A stretch of DNA of 64,000 nucleotides, from contig CBDIID010000003.1 in assembly GCA_965279515.1 (NCBI GenBank), positions 2,432,001 to 2,496,000 on the forward strand. The letters are read 5' to 3'. Source of the DNA: Turneriella sp. (GTDB taxonomy: Bacteria; Spirochaetota; Leptospiria; Turneriellales; Turneriellaceae). Shown here in pieces: positions 45,157 to 53,699 of the stretch (position 1 is its first letter; the number at the start of each line of letters is the position of its first letter). The translations under genes were made by a program, and so were the position numbers. Below the pieces are notes generated by a model. It worked only from the letters and a program-made list of their open reading frames with translations, searched no databases and was not told the DNA's origin.

Positions 45157-46788
45157 CTACTCCTCGCGCACCTTTTGCCGCGTTCTTTTCGGTTTTTTCT
45201 TGATAATCTGTGTCTTGCTTAAGTCGGTTTCTACGCCTTCCTCAATTGATTCTCCCGAGGGGTTATCCACCTGCGGAGATTCTGGCACTGATTCAGCTGC
45301 CGCTGGGCGCGCCTTAGATAGCTCAGCTACTATCTTTTTCCAGCGGTCTTCGCTATAGACTTTCGTCCCATCGTTTAATGCTTCTACGTTAGAGGTTGCA
45401 ACAATATCCTGATCAGACAAACCTTGCAGGATTTCATACTCATCACTATATCTGTTGCCGATCACGATTTCCTTCTTGAAAGCTGTCCCATTCTTTAATA
45501 CGAAACAGTAGCCATTTTTCTCTAGTTTTCCGGGTTTTCGATCCGTGATGATTATTGCTGTTTCAGGGATCGCCATAGCATTACCCTTCGACGCGAGTAC
45601 GATTTGAGTTCTGACAAACATACCCGGCCTAAAAATATGTTCAGGATTGCTGGCCTTAATCTTCACTTCGGCCGTCCGCGTCTGTGGCGCAAGGACAGGG
45701 GATATGACCGTTACCGTGCCGGTGAAAAATTTACCAGGTAAGGCATCCACGCCAAATTTAACCTCAAGGCCCTTCTTTATTTGGAAAAGATTCTCCTCGC
45801 TCACTGAAGTAACCAAATAAACGGGATTTGTACCAACGATTACGAAGACCGGGGTATCCGGTTTAACCATTTCGCCAATATCCACCTGACGAGCTGCAAT
45901 AACACCGTCGATAGGAGTGCGAATCGTTGCTTCCTTCAGAAGTAGCGCGGAGATTTTTTCCTGGGCTTCCGCAGATTTGATACTGGCTTCAGCAATGTTG
46001 AGTTCCGACCGCTCGATGGTCGTATTTAACTCCATAACAGATTTTTTCCATTCGGCTTTTGTTTTCGGCCGCTCGTATCCCGCTTTAAGGAGGTCTTCGA
46101 CCCGATAACCGACAGCGTTCATCTTTTGATCCAACATCAAACCATAGTATCGCGATTTTGTATTCATAATCTCGACTTGCTGGGCATTGTACTCTAAAGG
46201 TGTAACCCCATCAATATCGAGCAAAGTCTTCTTCGCTTTTTCATTAATCAAATCGTTATCGTATTTCGCCTTAACGGCCAAGACATCGATCTTCTCCTTC
46301 TCCATCGCCCAAACACGCTTTTCGACGTTACGCTTCGCAACATTATACTTTTCCTTGGATAGCTTCAACTGGGCTGTTGCCGAATTTAGGCTATTCTGAG
46401 CCTGAAGATGCTCCATCTCGAGGCGCTGCTTGTCCAATAGCGCAATGACCTCCCCTTTGGTCACAAAATCACCTACATCTTTCGTAAAAGAAGCGAGTCT
46501 CGCGTTCGCGAGGGATGTTATCTGCGCTTTCTGAATCTGGCTTACAGTCCCGGGGGTATCGAGAATATTTACGAGATTCTTTCGGTATATTTTCAGATAC
46601 TTGGTATCGCTGAAAATTGGCTCGTCGACCCGATATGTCTTAGGTTTCTTATAAACCAGAAAAGTCAGCAGGATCGCCGGCACAGCGAGTAGGGCCACGT
46701 AAATCAAGAGACGCAATTTGGGCGGCAGCTTTCTCAGCAGATTGTTGAGAATTGCCAGGGGCTTAAAGATTATTTTCAGGATATTCAT
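45157..46788 (-). CDS. RND periplasmic adaptor (membrane fusion protein) with long helical hairpin
   Basis: N-terminal TM helix, VGDFVTKGEVIALLD and IRTPIDGVI lipoyl halves, and TRT...RPGMF. Confidence 0.9.
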   Translation of the reverse strand: MNILKIIFKPLAILNNLLRKLPPKLRLLIYVALLAVPAILLTFLVYKKPKTYRVDEPIFSDTKYLKIYRKNLVNILDTPGTVSQIQKAQITSLANARLASFTKDVGDFVTKGEVIALLDKQRLEMEHLQAQNSLNSATAQLKLSKEKYNVAKRNVEKRVWAMEKEKIDVLAVKAKYDNDLINEKAKKTLLDIDGVTPLEYNAQQVEIMNTKSRYYGLMLDQKMNAVGYRVEDLLKAGYERPKTKAEWKKSVMELNTTIERSELNIAEASIKSAEAQEKISALLLKEATIRTPIDGVIAARQVDIGEMVKPDTPVFVIVGTNPVYLVTSVSEENLFQIKKGLEVKFGVDALPGKFFTGTVTVISPVLAPQTRTAEVKIKASNPEHIFRPGMFVRTQIVLASKGNAMAIPETAIIITDRKPGKLEKNGYCFVLKNGTAFKKEIVIGNRYSDEYEILQGLSDQDIVATSNVEALNDGTKVYSEDRWKKIVAELSKARPAAAESVPESPQVDNPSGESIEEGVETDLSKTQIIKKKPKRTRQKVREE

Positions 46789-46789
46789 A

Positions 46790-48211
46790 TCAGTTATTAT
46801 AATTGATTAGTCCCAAATAGTCTGCCTTTACTCCCATGGTAGTTTCAAGCACACCGATTGAAATCAGATAATCGGCTTTGGCTTTTATAAAGTTTTGTGC
46901 AACGCCAAGGTATTCGATCTCGGCAAGCATTAAGTCAACACGCTTCAATTGGCCTAATCTTACCTTTGCGGTTTGAATCTGAATTCTCTCAGACAGTACT
47001 TTCTCAGCCTCTTCTGCGATTTTGAAGATTTCGAAGTTGTGCTCTGCAGAGATCAAAGCAGTTTTCACTTCTATCGCCAGCTGGTCTGGTAGCCTGTCCC
47101 TTTCGAAGAGGCCTCGTTTTAGATTCATCCCTGATTCGATCTTCTGTCTACGGTAAGAAATATCCTCGAAAACACCAATCGACGTGTCCGTACTGTATCC
47201 TTGCGTATATCCGTTTGTCGCGACATTGCTTCGCGGCGTTTCCCGAACCATGTTGCCAAACATGTTTGAAGTCACAATAACGCCTACCCCCCATCCGTTT
47301 TCCTGCGGAAAAAACCGGTCTCCCGACAGATTGTAATTACCCGTTAGGGAAATACGAGGATAGAAATAACTTTCAGCAATTTCATACTCCTTTCTGAGGC
47401 GCATTGTATCAACACGTCTTTGTTCAACTTCTGGCCTGTTCGACATGGTAATAGCGTACAGATCTTCGAATTTTCTATCGATTTCCCTGAAGGTAAGCTT
47501 GTGTAAGGTTTCTTTATCCAGAACCAGTTCGACGCTTGGATTCAGGCGAAGCCCCTGCTTGAAGGTTAAATCCAGGGTTTCGTAATCACGCTTCTCTTTA
47601 ATCAAACTTGTTACTATCTGCTTATATTTGGAAACCACATCGAGGTAATCAATTTTTGTCAGAGTACCGACTTCAAATTCTTTCTGACTGAGCTTGGCCT
47701 GAAGTTCTGATCGTTCGGCGGAGCGCTGTCGGGATTCAACCGTGTAGATCGCCTGCAACAGGCGGAAAAAATTACTTCTGGTATCGAGAATGACCTTATT
47801 TCGCAACTGCCGGTATTTATAGTTGGCAAGAGTTACGTCCAATTTACTCAAATCGTATGCCAATGACATTCTGCCGCCGTCATAGACGGGCTGCGTAACA
47901 TCGACTCGCATTTGATGGCTGCGCGTATCAAAATCACGAATTCTAACTTGCTCGTTATTCAGGTACGAGAATCGCAATTGGGGCAAAAACGCCCGCCATT
48001 TTTCGATAATATTTGCCTGCATCATGCTTCGCTCAGAACTCTGAAGCTGAAGATCAATGCTGTTAGTTTGGGCTAATTGTTCCGCTATCTTCAAATCCAT
48101 GGGCATACGATTCACATCTTGAGTGAATAGCATGCTTGCCGAAAGCAGATAACCCCCTATGTAAAGGGGCCATCGGCTGCAAAAATCTAATTTGTCCGGA
48201 CTATTGGCCAA
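46790..48211 (-). CDS. TolC-family outer membrane channel protein
   Basis: FLPQLRFS, QPVYDGG, NRPEV and YFYPRISLTG motifs; two-repeat OEP pattern. Confidence 0.88.
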   Translation of the reverse strand: MANSPDKLDFCSRWPLYIGGYLLSASMLFTQDVNRMPMDLKIAEQLAQTNSIDLQLQSSERSMMQANIIEKWRAFLPQLRFSYLNNEQVRIRDFDTRSHQMRVDVTQPVYDGGRMSLAYDLSKLDVTLANYKYRQLRNKVILDTRSNFFRLLQAIYTVESRQRSAERSELQAKLSQKEFEVGTLTKIDYLDVVSKYKQIVTSLIKEKRDYETLDLTFKQGLRLNPSVELVLDKETLHKLTFREIDRKFEDLYAITMSNRPEVEQRRVDTMRLRKEYEIAESYFYPRISLTGNYNLSGDRFFPQENGWGVGVIVTSNMFGNMVRETPRSNVATNGYTQGYSTDTSIGVFEDISYRRQKIESGMNLKRGLFERDRLPDQLAIEVKTALISAEHNFEIFKIAEEAEKVLSERIQIQTAKVRLGQLKRVDLMLAEIEYLGVAQNFIKAKADYLISIGVLETTMGVKADYLGLINYNN

Positions 48212-48235
48212 GGATCTGATCTCCGTCTGCTAATT

Positions 48236-48853
48236 TCATTTATCCCGGACTGCTTCCAATACCAGACGTCTTGCCTTGATTTTTTCGGCCCGCTCCGTAA
48301 GCTTATGTTGTACCAATAGGGCTTCGTAGCCTCGGTAGGCCGTCGCCAGTTCCAGTTCGGACATTAGAACTTTTTGATACTCAACCATAGCCTGGCGTAA
48401 GTTACCTGTCTTTGCGTAAAACCTTGCCAACTCGACATGCATGGCAAAGTCTTCAGGATGATTATTCAAACCATGCAGCAGATAACTTTCAGCCTGAGCT
48501 TCTGTTTTCTTTTCCGTCATCGCAATGCGCGCAAGCCAAAGCAACGCCCCTTGATGACCAGCTTCTTTTTTGAGAATAGCCGAGAATACCTGCTCGCTTT
48601 CTTTATACTTTTTGGTGTAGAAGAAAATTTTTCCCTTTAGCACTTGCGCTGGCAAATAGGCCGCATATGCTTTTATGATTTTTTCAGCACTTTCCAGCGA
48701 ACTATCAAACTTTCTCTCGATAAAATCCTGGTTTGCCTGGAAAAGATCTTTCTCGATAGCCGGTGGAATTTTTTGAACCGTCTTTTCTCCACAATAACTG
48801 AAGATAAGAATGACCAACAGTGTGATGATTTGCGAAATTCCGATTTTTTTCAT
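48236..48853 (-). CDS. TPR-repeat lipoprotein
   Basis: Lipobox FSYC; several TPR-like helix pairs (AQVLKGKIFFY, ALLWLARI, HVELARFYAKTG). Confidence 0.8.
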   Translation of the reverse strand: MKKIGISQIITLLVILIFSYCGEKTVQKIPPAIEKDLFQANQDFIERKFDSSLESAEKIIKAYAAYLPAQVLKGKIFFYTKKYKESEQVFSAILKKEAGHQGALLWLARIAMTEKKTEAQAESYLLHGLNNHPEDFAMHVELARFYAKTGNLRQAMVEYQKVLMSELELATAYRGYEALLVQHKLTERAEKIKARRLVLEAVRDK

Positions 48854-49842
48854 TTAAGCCTCTCTTCGCTACTCAAGCGAATTCTTCCGATGATTTTCTC
48901 TCCTGATGTCCTAATTCGATTCAAAACCGATTTTATGATGGCATCTAACCTGAGAGAGAAAAGCAGATAAATCATGTACATCAGCGGAATGAGATTCGTC
49001 ACTAGACCGAATTTAGCTGCTGGCAACAGACTCTTCTGAAGTTGGCTATCCGCATCCGAAATCAGACTATTCAGCATTTTGGCGGAGATTCCGGATGGTG
49101 ATTGCGCATAGGCCAGATTCAAAGTTTCTTTGAGATTTTGTGAGGTCCGCCTCTGGTATGCGCTGATGTCGACAACACTCCAAGTCGCCGAGGCTACCAT
49201 TATGAGATAAAACCCAGCCACTAAATGTGCAGCCCATCTCCATCCCGTAATACTAATAATGCCAAGTGCCGCGCTGCAAACCACCAGCGTGATACTGACA
49301 ACTCGCGCAACCTCCCCTTTGAAGATGCGCGCAAATAGATCCACAGCGGGAATTTTGGCAAATATCATCGGGATACTCGTTACCGCCGCCGTAACCAAGA
49401 GAATTCCGATGAGTTTCTGAAGTGGTCTGGATGTATCAAATCGCATGGGCACTAAATTGGGCGAGCTGTCAACGATGGCATCTGACAGATGGGCTGATCT
49501 TTTATTGAAGAAAAGATACAAAAACGGGACAAATAGGAGGAAAACGCTAATCCATTGGGATATGAATCTCAGCACCTCTTCAAACCAAGTCAACCGTTTA
49601 CCTTTGGTGTTTTTCCGAATGTTATAACCGAACAACCACATACCCATTGTTTGACCTTTAAGAAACAGTCTCGATGCAAAATAGGTGAGAAACACTCCAC
49701 CCAGGAAGGACAAGAGGATAACAGCCTTATTTGTGAGCCATGAAGCCGGGATGAAAATTGAAGCGACATCTAACAATAACCGGAAGATGGCAAGGTCTGT
49801 TATCGTCGATAAAAACCGGATCCAGGGTGAAACATTCTGCAT
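48850..49842 (-). CDS. RDD-family membrane protein with C-terminal TM extension
   Basis: PWIRFLSTITDL, GQTMGMWLFG, LRF and HLSDAI RDD motifs. Confidence 0.8.
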   Translation of the reverse strand: MQNVSPWIRFLSTITDLAIFRLLLDVASIFIPASWLTNKAVILLSFLGGVFLTYFASRLFLKGQTMGMWLFGYNIRKNTKGKRLTWFEEVLRFISQWISVFLLFVPFLYLFFNKRSAHLSDAIVDSSPNLVPMRFDTSRPLQKLIGILLVTAAVTSIPMIFAKIPAVDLFARIFKGEVARVVSITLVVCSAALGIISITGWRWAAHLVAGFYLIMVASATWSVVDISAYQRRTSQNLKETLNLAYAQSPSGISAKMLNSLISDADSQLQKSLLPAAKFGLVTNLIPLMYMIYLLFSLRLDAIIKSVLNRIRTSGEKIIGRIRLSSEERLK

Positions 49843-49892
49843 GATTTAGTGGCTTTTCCTTGGCGTTATCCAATTCTAATATCTCCTGTCCA

Positions 49893-49920
49893 ATATCGAC
49901 GACAGAGAAGCCTAACTTAA
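49893..49920 (-). promoter_or_regulatory. Sigma-28 (FliA)-like promoter
   Basis: TAAGTTAG-N11-GTCGATAT, 50 nt upstream of the RDD-TolC-RND operon start. Confidence 0.45.
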
Positions 49921-49998
49921 AAATCCGCGAGGACAGAAAAGAACAATGTGTATGCTAACCCAATTAACTATAAGTCAGATGGCGATCGACTTAAGGGG

Positions 49999-51387
49999 TC
50001 AGGATTTGAATTCAAATTCTCGGATGAGATGATCTAAGGCAGGATCATGTGACAATAATGCGGCCTGATCGGATAAAACCTCTATTAGGTCATCGCAAAT
50101 CAATTGGGTTATTCTTTCCAAAGATATGGCCTGAGATATGGGGTTATCGCTGTCTATGCTTGCTTCCTCTACTTCAAAAGCTACGCTTGAAATCCGATGA
50201 TTATTGATTAGGATTGCGGTTGATTCTGGTTGAAGGCGGCTATTAAATTCGATAGAGATTTCTTCGATAATCGTGCCTGTCGCCTGTATGGCCTTCATCC
50301 TACTTAAATTTACCGCAATACCCATGGCAACTTCATTCCCTACAAAGTAATCGTTCCAGAGTGTCCTGCCTAACTGCAGCTTAACGCGATTTTCAAGTTC
50401 AATCCGCTTCTCTTCCCTTTGGATGAACTCGGCATGTATTTCCAGGTGACCCGCATCCGTAGGCTCAACTACGTCTGATAAAAAGCCGGCTGCAAAGACA
50501 GCGCCACCGAATGCTACCAAGAATGCATTGGGAAAACCCGGAAAAAAAGATAGAACAACAAAAAAAGCGCCAATCAACATCGCCTTTCGGCGGTCTTCAA
50601 AGAGCATTTCCCGGAAATTCAGCTTGGCAACCCTTTTGGTGGCAAGTTGCGAGAGCCATTCTCTGATCGCAAAAAGATTGAGTGCTATCCCAGGCAAGAG
50701 ACATAAGACAGTGCTCACTATCAAAAGAGCCGAGGTTCTGATGGATTTCCCTAATGAATCCGGTGTAAAATGATCGCGATTCCATACTCCAAGAATCAAT
50801 GCGAAACACATAAATAAAGGGAATACATACAATTCGATCTTCGCTGTGCTTAGGAAGAACAAAGGAATTTTAGAACCTTGGCGAAAATCAGATTTCGATA
50901 AAATCTTTTCATCGGATTCTTCCAATTTCTCTATTTGAGGAAAATTTAATTCATTCCTGACCTGGATTTGCACATGAATATCATTTACAACTCGCTTAAT
51001 GGTCGCAAGGGATAAAAATCCAAGAGTTAGGTAAGTTGTGACCGCAATGGTCAGGTTTGATTCAAGGGTTTGGAAGTAAAAAAAGTCCGTTATTTTCCGA
51101 ATAATCTGACCGTCAAAGTTGGGGCCTGCAAGGCCGATCTTACGAACCGATGCGCCTAACATCATCATGCGCAATGTAAGTGTAAAAAAGCCAGCTACCG
51201 TCAGCCAGTAATAACGTGTATTTGGTTGAATTATCAGACTTGCAAGAGTAAAGATAACGGTACTAAAAACCGCAAAAAACAACAAGAAATCGAAGACCAC
51301 CGAAGGCATTGGGAGCAATAACATCATCGCTGATGGGAAAAAGCACAAGAAATAAGAGAATCTTTTTTGATCGGCCCAAGAATGCAT
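49999..51387 (-). CDS. Highly divergent, truncated FlhA/SctV (FHIPEP family) paralog
   Basis: Collinear FlhA-like blocks MMLLLPMPSVVFDFLL, LRMMMLGASVRKIGLAGPNFDGQII, LSFFPGFP, VKLQLG, NSRLQPESTAILIN and LICDDLIEVLSDQAALL. The conserved RFTLDAMPGKQM core is absent. Confidence 0.7.
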   Translation of the reverse strand: MHSWADQKRFSYFLCFFPSAMMLLLPMPSVVFDFLLFFAVFSTVIFTLASLIIQPNTRYYWLTVAGFFTLTLRMMMLGASVRKIGLAGPNFDGQIIRKITDFFYFQTLESNLTIAVTTYLTLGFLSLATIKRVVNDIHVQIQVRNELNFPQIEKLEESDEKILSKSDFRQGSKIPLFFLSTAKIELYVFPLFMCFALILGVWNRDHFTPDSLGKSIRTSALLIVSTVLCLLPGIALNLFAIREWLSQLATKRVAKLNFREMLFEDRRKAMLIGAFFVVLSFFPGFPNAFLVAFGGAVFAAGFLSDVVEPTDAGHLEIHAEFIQREEKRIELENRVKLQLGRTLWNDYFVGNEVAMGIAVNLSRMKAIQATGTIIEEISIEFNSRLQPESTAILINNHRISSVAFEVEEASIDSDNPISQAISLERITQLICDDLIEVLSDQAALLSHDPALDHLIREFEFKS

Positions 51388-51401
51388 GCGTACCTATTAC
51401 A

Positions 51402-51429
51402 TTATCGTGATTCTCTTGCCTAAAATTCA
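51402..51429 (-). promoter_or_regulatory. Sigma-28 (FliA)-like promoter (weaker)
   Basis: TGAATTTT-N12-CACGATAA upstream of the FlhA-like gene. Confidence 0.35.
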
Positions 51430-51596
51430 ATCGTCATGGTTTTTTTTGAATACCTGCTGGATTTCAAAGCGTAAATTGGCCCGTAAGCACCTAAAACCCC
51501 CTAAAATCAAGAAACAAACTGACCAAACGCTAGGAGAAGTTTCCGAATCTGCAGTGCGTGAAGCAGGGAAGAGAATCAGCAGATTTCCAATTTCCG

Positions 51597-51611
51597 CCTG
51601 CCGAGGGCACA
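51597..51611 (+). repeat. attR-like direct repeat of the tRNA-Arg 3' end
   Basis: CCTGCCGAGGGCACA, identical to 12919-12933. Confidence 0.85.
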
Positions 51612-51660
51612 CGATGTGCTGAGCGCCGCCGCTGGCACGGACGCCATCTTCGCGGCGGCG

Positions 51661-51671
51661 CGAGGGCACAT
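51661..51671 (+). repeat. Second, shorter copy of the tRNA-Arg 3' end (CGAGGGCACAT)
   Basis: Matches 12924-12934; lies 50 nt beyond the first attR copy. Confidence 0.55.
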
Positions 51672-51723
51672 TCAAATCGGGCTTTACACCTTGCTCAGGC
51701 TAAAAGCCGCATTGTAAGCGGAT

Positions 51724-52860
51724 ATGATGCTCGTGGAAATATTAAGAAGAAAGATCGTTCTGCGCTTTTTGATTTCTGCGCTTTACGCAATCCCACTGGC
51801 ATTGCCGATTTCGGCAGGCGTATATACCGACGGTTCATCGGTGATGACCCTGAATGCCGGACAAGATGCTAATTTTGGCGGCAAGATGCCGGACTTACTC
51901 AATACGATCGCCGAGAAATACCAGCTCTCTGCCCTAAACGATATTACGCGGGGCAACGCGACGTCGCAATCTCTGGCAACCATGGGCGCAGGCACGGCAT
52001 ACGCCTCGGGCAATTATACTTTTATCGTGGGCGGCGGTGGGGGGCTGGGAATCAACGCTGTCAACCAGAGCCTCGGCGACGTGTTTACGAAACTCGGTGA
52101 TTTAGGCGGCGACGGCCTGCCGCGCTTTGGTGTTGGCGCACAGCTTTCGGCGATGGTGGGTATGAATCTCGGCAACCTGCGTACCCCGCGTTATCTCGGG
52201 CCCCTGGAGCTTTCGCGCATGACGGTGCTGGTGAATTTTATGAGCGCCTCTTCGAGCAGCCTGACTGGCGGATTGAACCTTTCGGCGACGGTCGCCGGCC
52301 TGCATGTACAATATCAACTTTCCCGTGCGCGCGGCTCTGCTTTTCAATACGGCGAAATTCTGCTGACGACGGGTTTTGATTATTCGCGGCTTGCAGCGAA
52401 CTACGATTCAGCCAACGGCAAGGGGTTGACTGCGGTTTCGATTGGGTCTGGTAGTGCAAGCGACCAGCAACTGACATGGCTACCCACTGGCACGATGTCG
52501 ATCACTTCAGGTTCGGGCACAGTACCCGTCGAAATTTCGACCAGCACCCGGCTGCTCTATTTCTTGTCTCTCTATGTCGGGGCCGGTGCGGATTTCAACG
52601 TCGGCAAAGCCACAACCGATATCAATCTCTCTGGCACAGTAAAAGGTAACAATGGCACTGGTGAAAATGTTGTAGGTTCAGGCTCACTCTCGGTAAGCAA
52701 GTCCGCATCACCGCAATTTGCCAGTGGCCGCGGTTTCGCAGGGGTACAGTTCAACCTCGTACCGGGGCGTACCGGTGGCGTCGTGGGAATTTTTGCACAG
52801 GCGAGCATCACCAGCCTGAATGGATTGGGCGGACAGCTCGGCGTGCGCGCCGCCTGGTAA
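51724..52860 (+). CDS. Putative outer-membrane/surface beta-barrel protein (possibly Lsa36-like)
   Basis: Signal peptide, Gly-rich amphipathic strands and C-terminal GQLGVRAAW. Confidence 0.6.
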   Translation: MMLVEILRRKIVLRFLISALYAIPLALPISAGVYTDGSSVMTLNAGQDANFGGKMPDLLNTIAEKYQLSALNDITRGNATSQSLATMGAGTAYASGNYTFIVGGGGGLGINAVNQSLGDVFTKLGDLGGDGLPRFGVGAQLSAMVGMNLGNLRTPRYLGPLELSRMTVLVNFMSASSSSLTGGLNLSATVAGLHVQYQLSRARGSAFQYGEILLTTGFDYSRLAANYDSANGKGLTAVSIGSGSASDQQLTWLPTGTMSITSGSGTVPVEISTSTRLLYFLSLYVGAGADFNVGKATTDINLSGTVKGNNGTGENVVGSGSLSVSKSASPQFASGRGFAGVQFNLVPGRTGGVVGIFAQASITSLNGLGGQLGVRAAW

Positions 52861-52861
52861 T

Positions 52862-53197
52862 TTATTTTCCGGCTTTTTTTGCAGCGGCTTTTGCAGGTTT
52901 AGCAGCGGGAGCTTCGACCTTGGGCGGTGTAACCACCGCAGGTTTTTGCACCTCACCGCTTTTCGGAGCTTCGTCGTCGGCGTGGATGATATTCAGATCT
53001 TTGCAGATAATATCTGAGCCCTGCGTTTTGCACTGCTCGATGCCGGTACTTTCGCTGCGGCCCGACGCTTTTGCCGAAGAATAATAGGTGCGCAGATAGC
53101 CGTTGGAGCCGTCGGAGCCGACATGCGAATTATACTTCACGGCGCTGCAACTTGCTGCCGCAAAGGTCAAAAGGGTTAAACCGAGTTTTAGCGGCAT
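52862..53197 (-). CDS. Small lipoprotein with Cys pair and Ala/Lys/Pro-rich tail
   Basis: Lipobox AASC; CKTQGSDIIC motif. Confidence 0.65.
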   Translation of the reverse strand: MPLKLGLTLLTFAAASCSAVKYNSHVGSDGSNGYLRTYYSSAKASGRSESTGIEQCKTQGSDIICKDLNIIHADDEAPKSGEVQKPAVVTPPKVEAPAAKPAKAAAKKAGK

Positions 53198-53397
53198 ACA
53201 AGATCTCCTTTACTATCGGCGACGCAGATGAGTCCCAAAACCGGCCGCGACGAGAACACGCCGTTTTCCACCGCATCGACGCGGTAGATAATTTTATTGT
53301 CTTTATTGCTCAACACTTCAAAATTTGTGATTTCCAGACTGCGGCAGCCCGTGAAGAGCGCGGCTATGACCAGAATAAGGATTATGATTTTTTTCAT
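53188..53397 (-). CDS. Small lipoprotein
   Basis: MKKIIILILVIAALFTGC; CVADSKGDLVC motif; overlaps both neighbours. Confidence 0.7.
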   Translation of the reverse strand: MKKIIILILVIAALFTGCRSLEITNFEVLSNKDNKIIYRVDAVENGVFSSRPVLGLICVADSKGDLVCR

Positions 53398-53699
53398 GGT
53401 TTTACATCCTTCTGAAAGTATTCAGGCGCTTGCCAGTACTGCGTGTCGATATTGAGGTTTAGCTCGCGGTCGCATTTGAGATCTTCGCCGCGCAGCTTGC
53501 AGTTGAGAATTACCGGAGTCGTGGAACTAAAAAGAATCCGTGACTGCACTTTAATCGCCTGCACATAGACGGTTCCGTCGGCACCAGGTACGGTGCGCTG
53601 GTACTGGTAGCGCGGTTTACCCGTCGCACAGTTCAGCGCCGCAAGACTCAGGACTAAAACAGCAAAACCGTAAACCTTTCGCATAGCGCCGACTCTCAT
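53394..53699 (-). CDS. Small lipoprotein
   Basis: Lipobox ALNC; CKLRGEDLKC motif. Confidence 0.65.
   Translation of the reverse strand: MRVGAMRKVYGFAVLVLSLAALNCATGKPRYQYQRTVPGADGTVYVQAIKVQSRILFSSTTPVILNCKLRGEDLKCDRELNLNIDTQYWQAPEYFQKDVKP

Larger units (their letters stand above)
12919..51611. mobile_element. tRNA-Arg(CCG)-inserted genomic island (~38.7 kb), no integrase recognised
   Basis: Flanked by a 15-bp direct repeat of the tRNA 3' end. Accessory content; many segments are AT-richer than the flanks (hand counts: 19/60 GC at 17281-17340 and 20/60 at 50881-50940, versus 38/60 at 9361-9420). Confidence 0.75.

Noticed and set aside
51386..51720. Small ORFs or an integrase remnant at the right island boundary
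   Set aside because: No recombinase catalytic motifs recognised in any listed frame.
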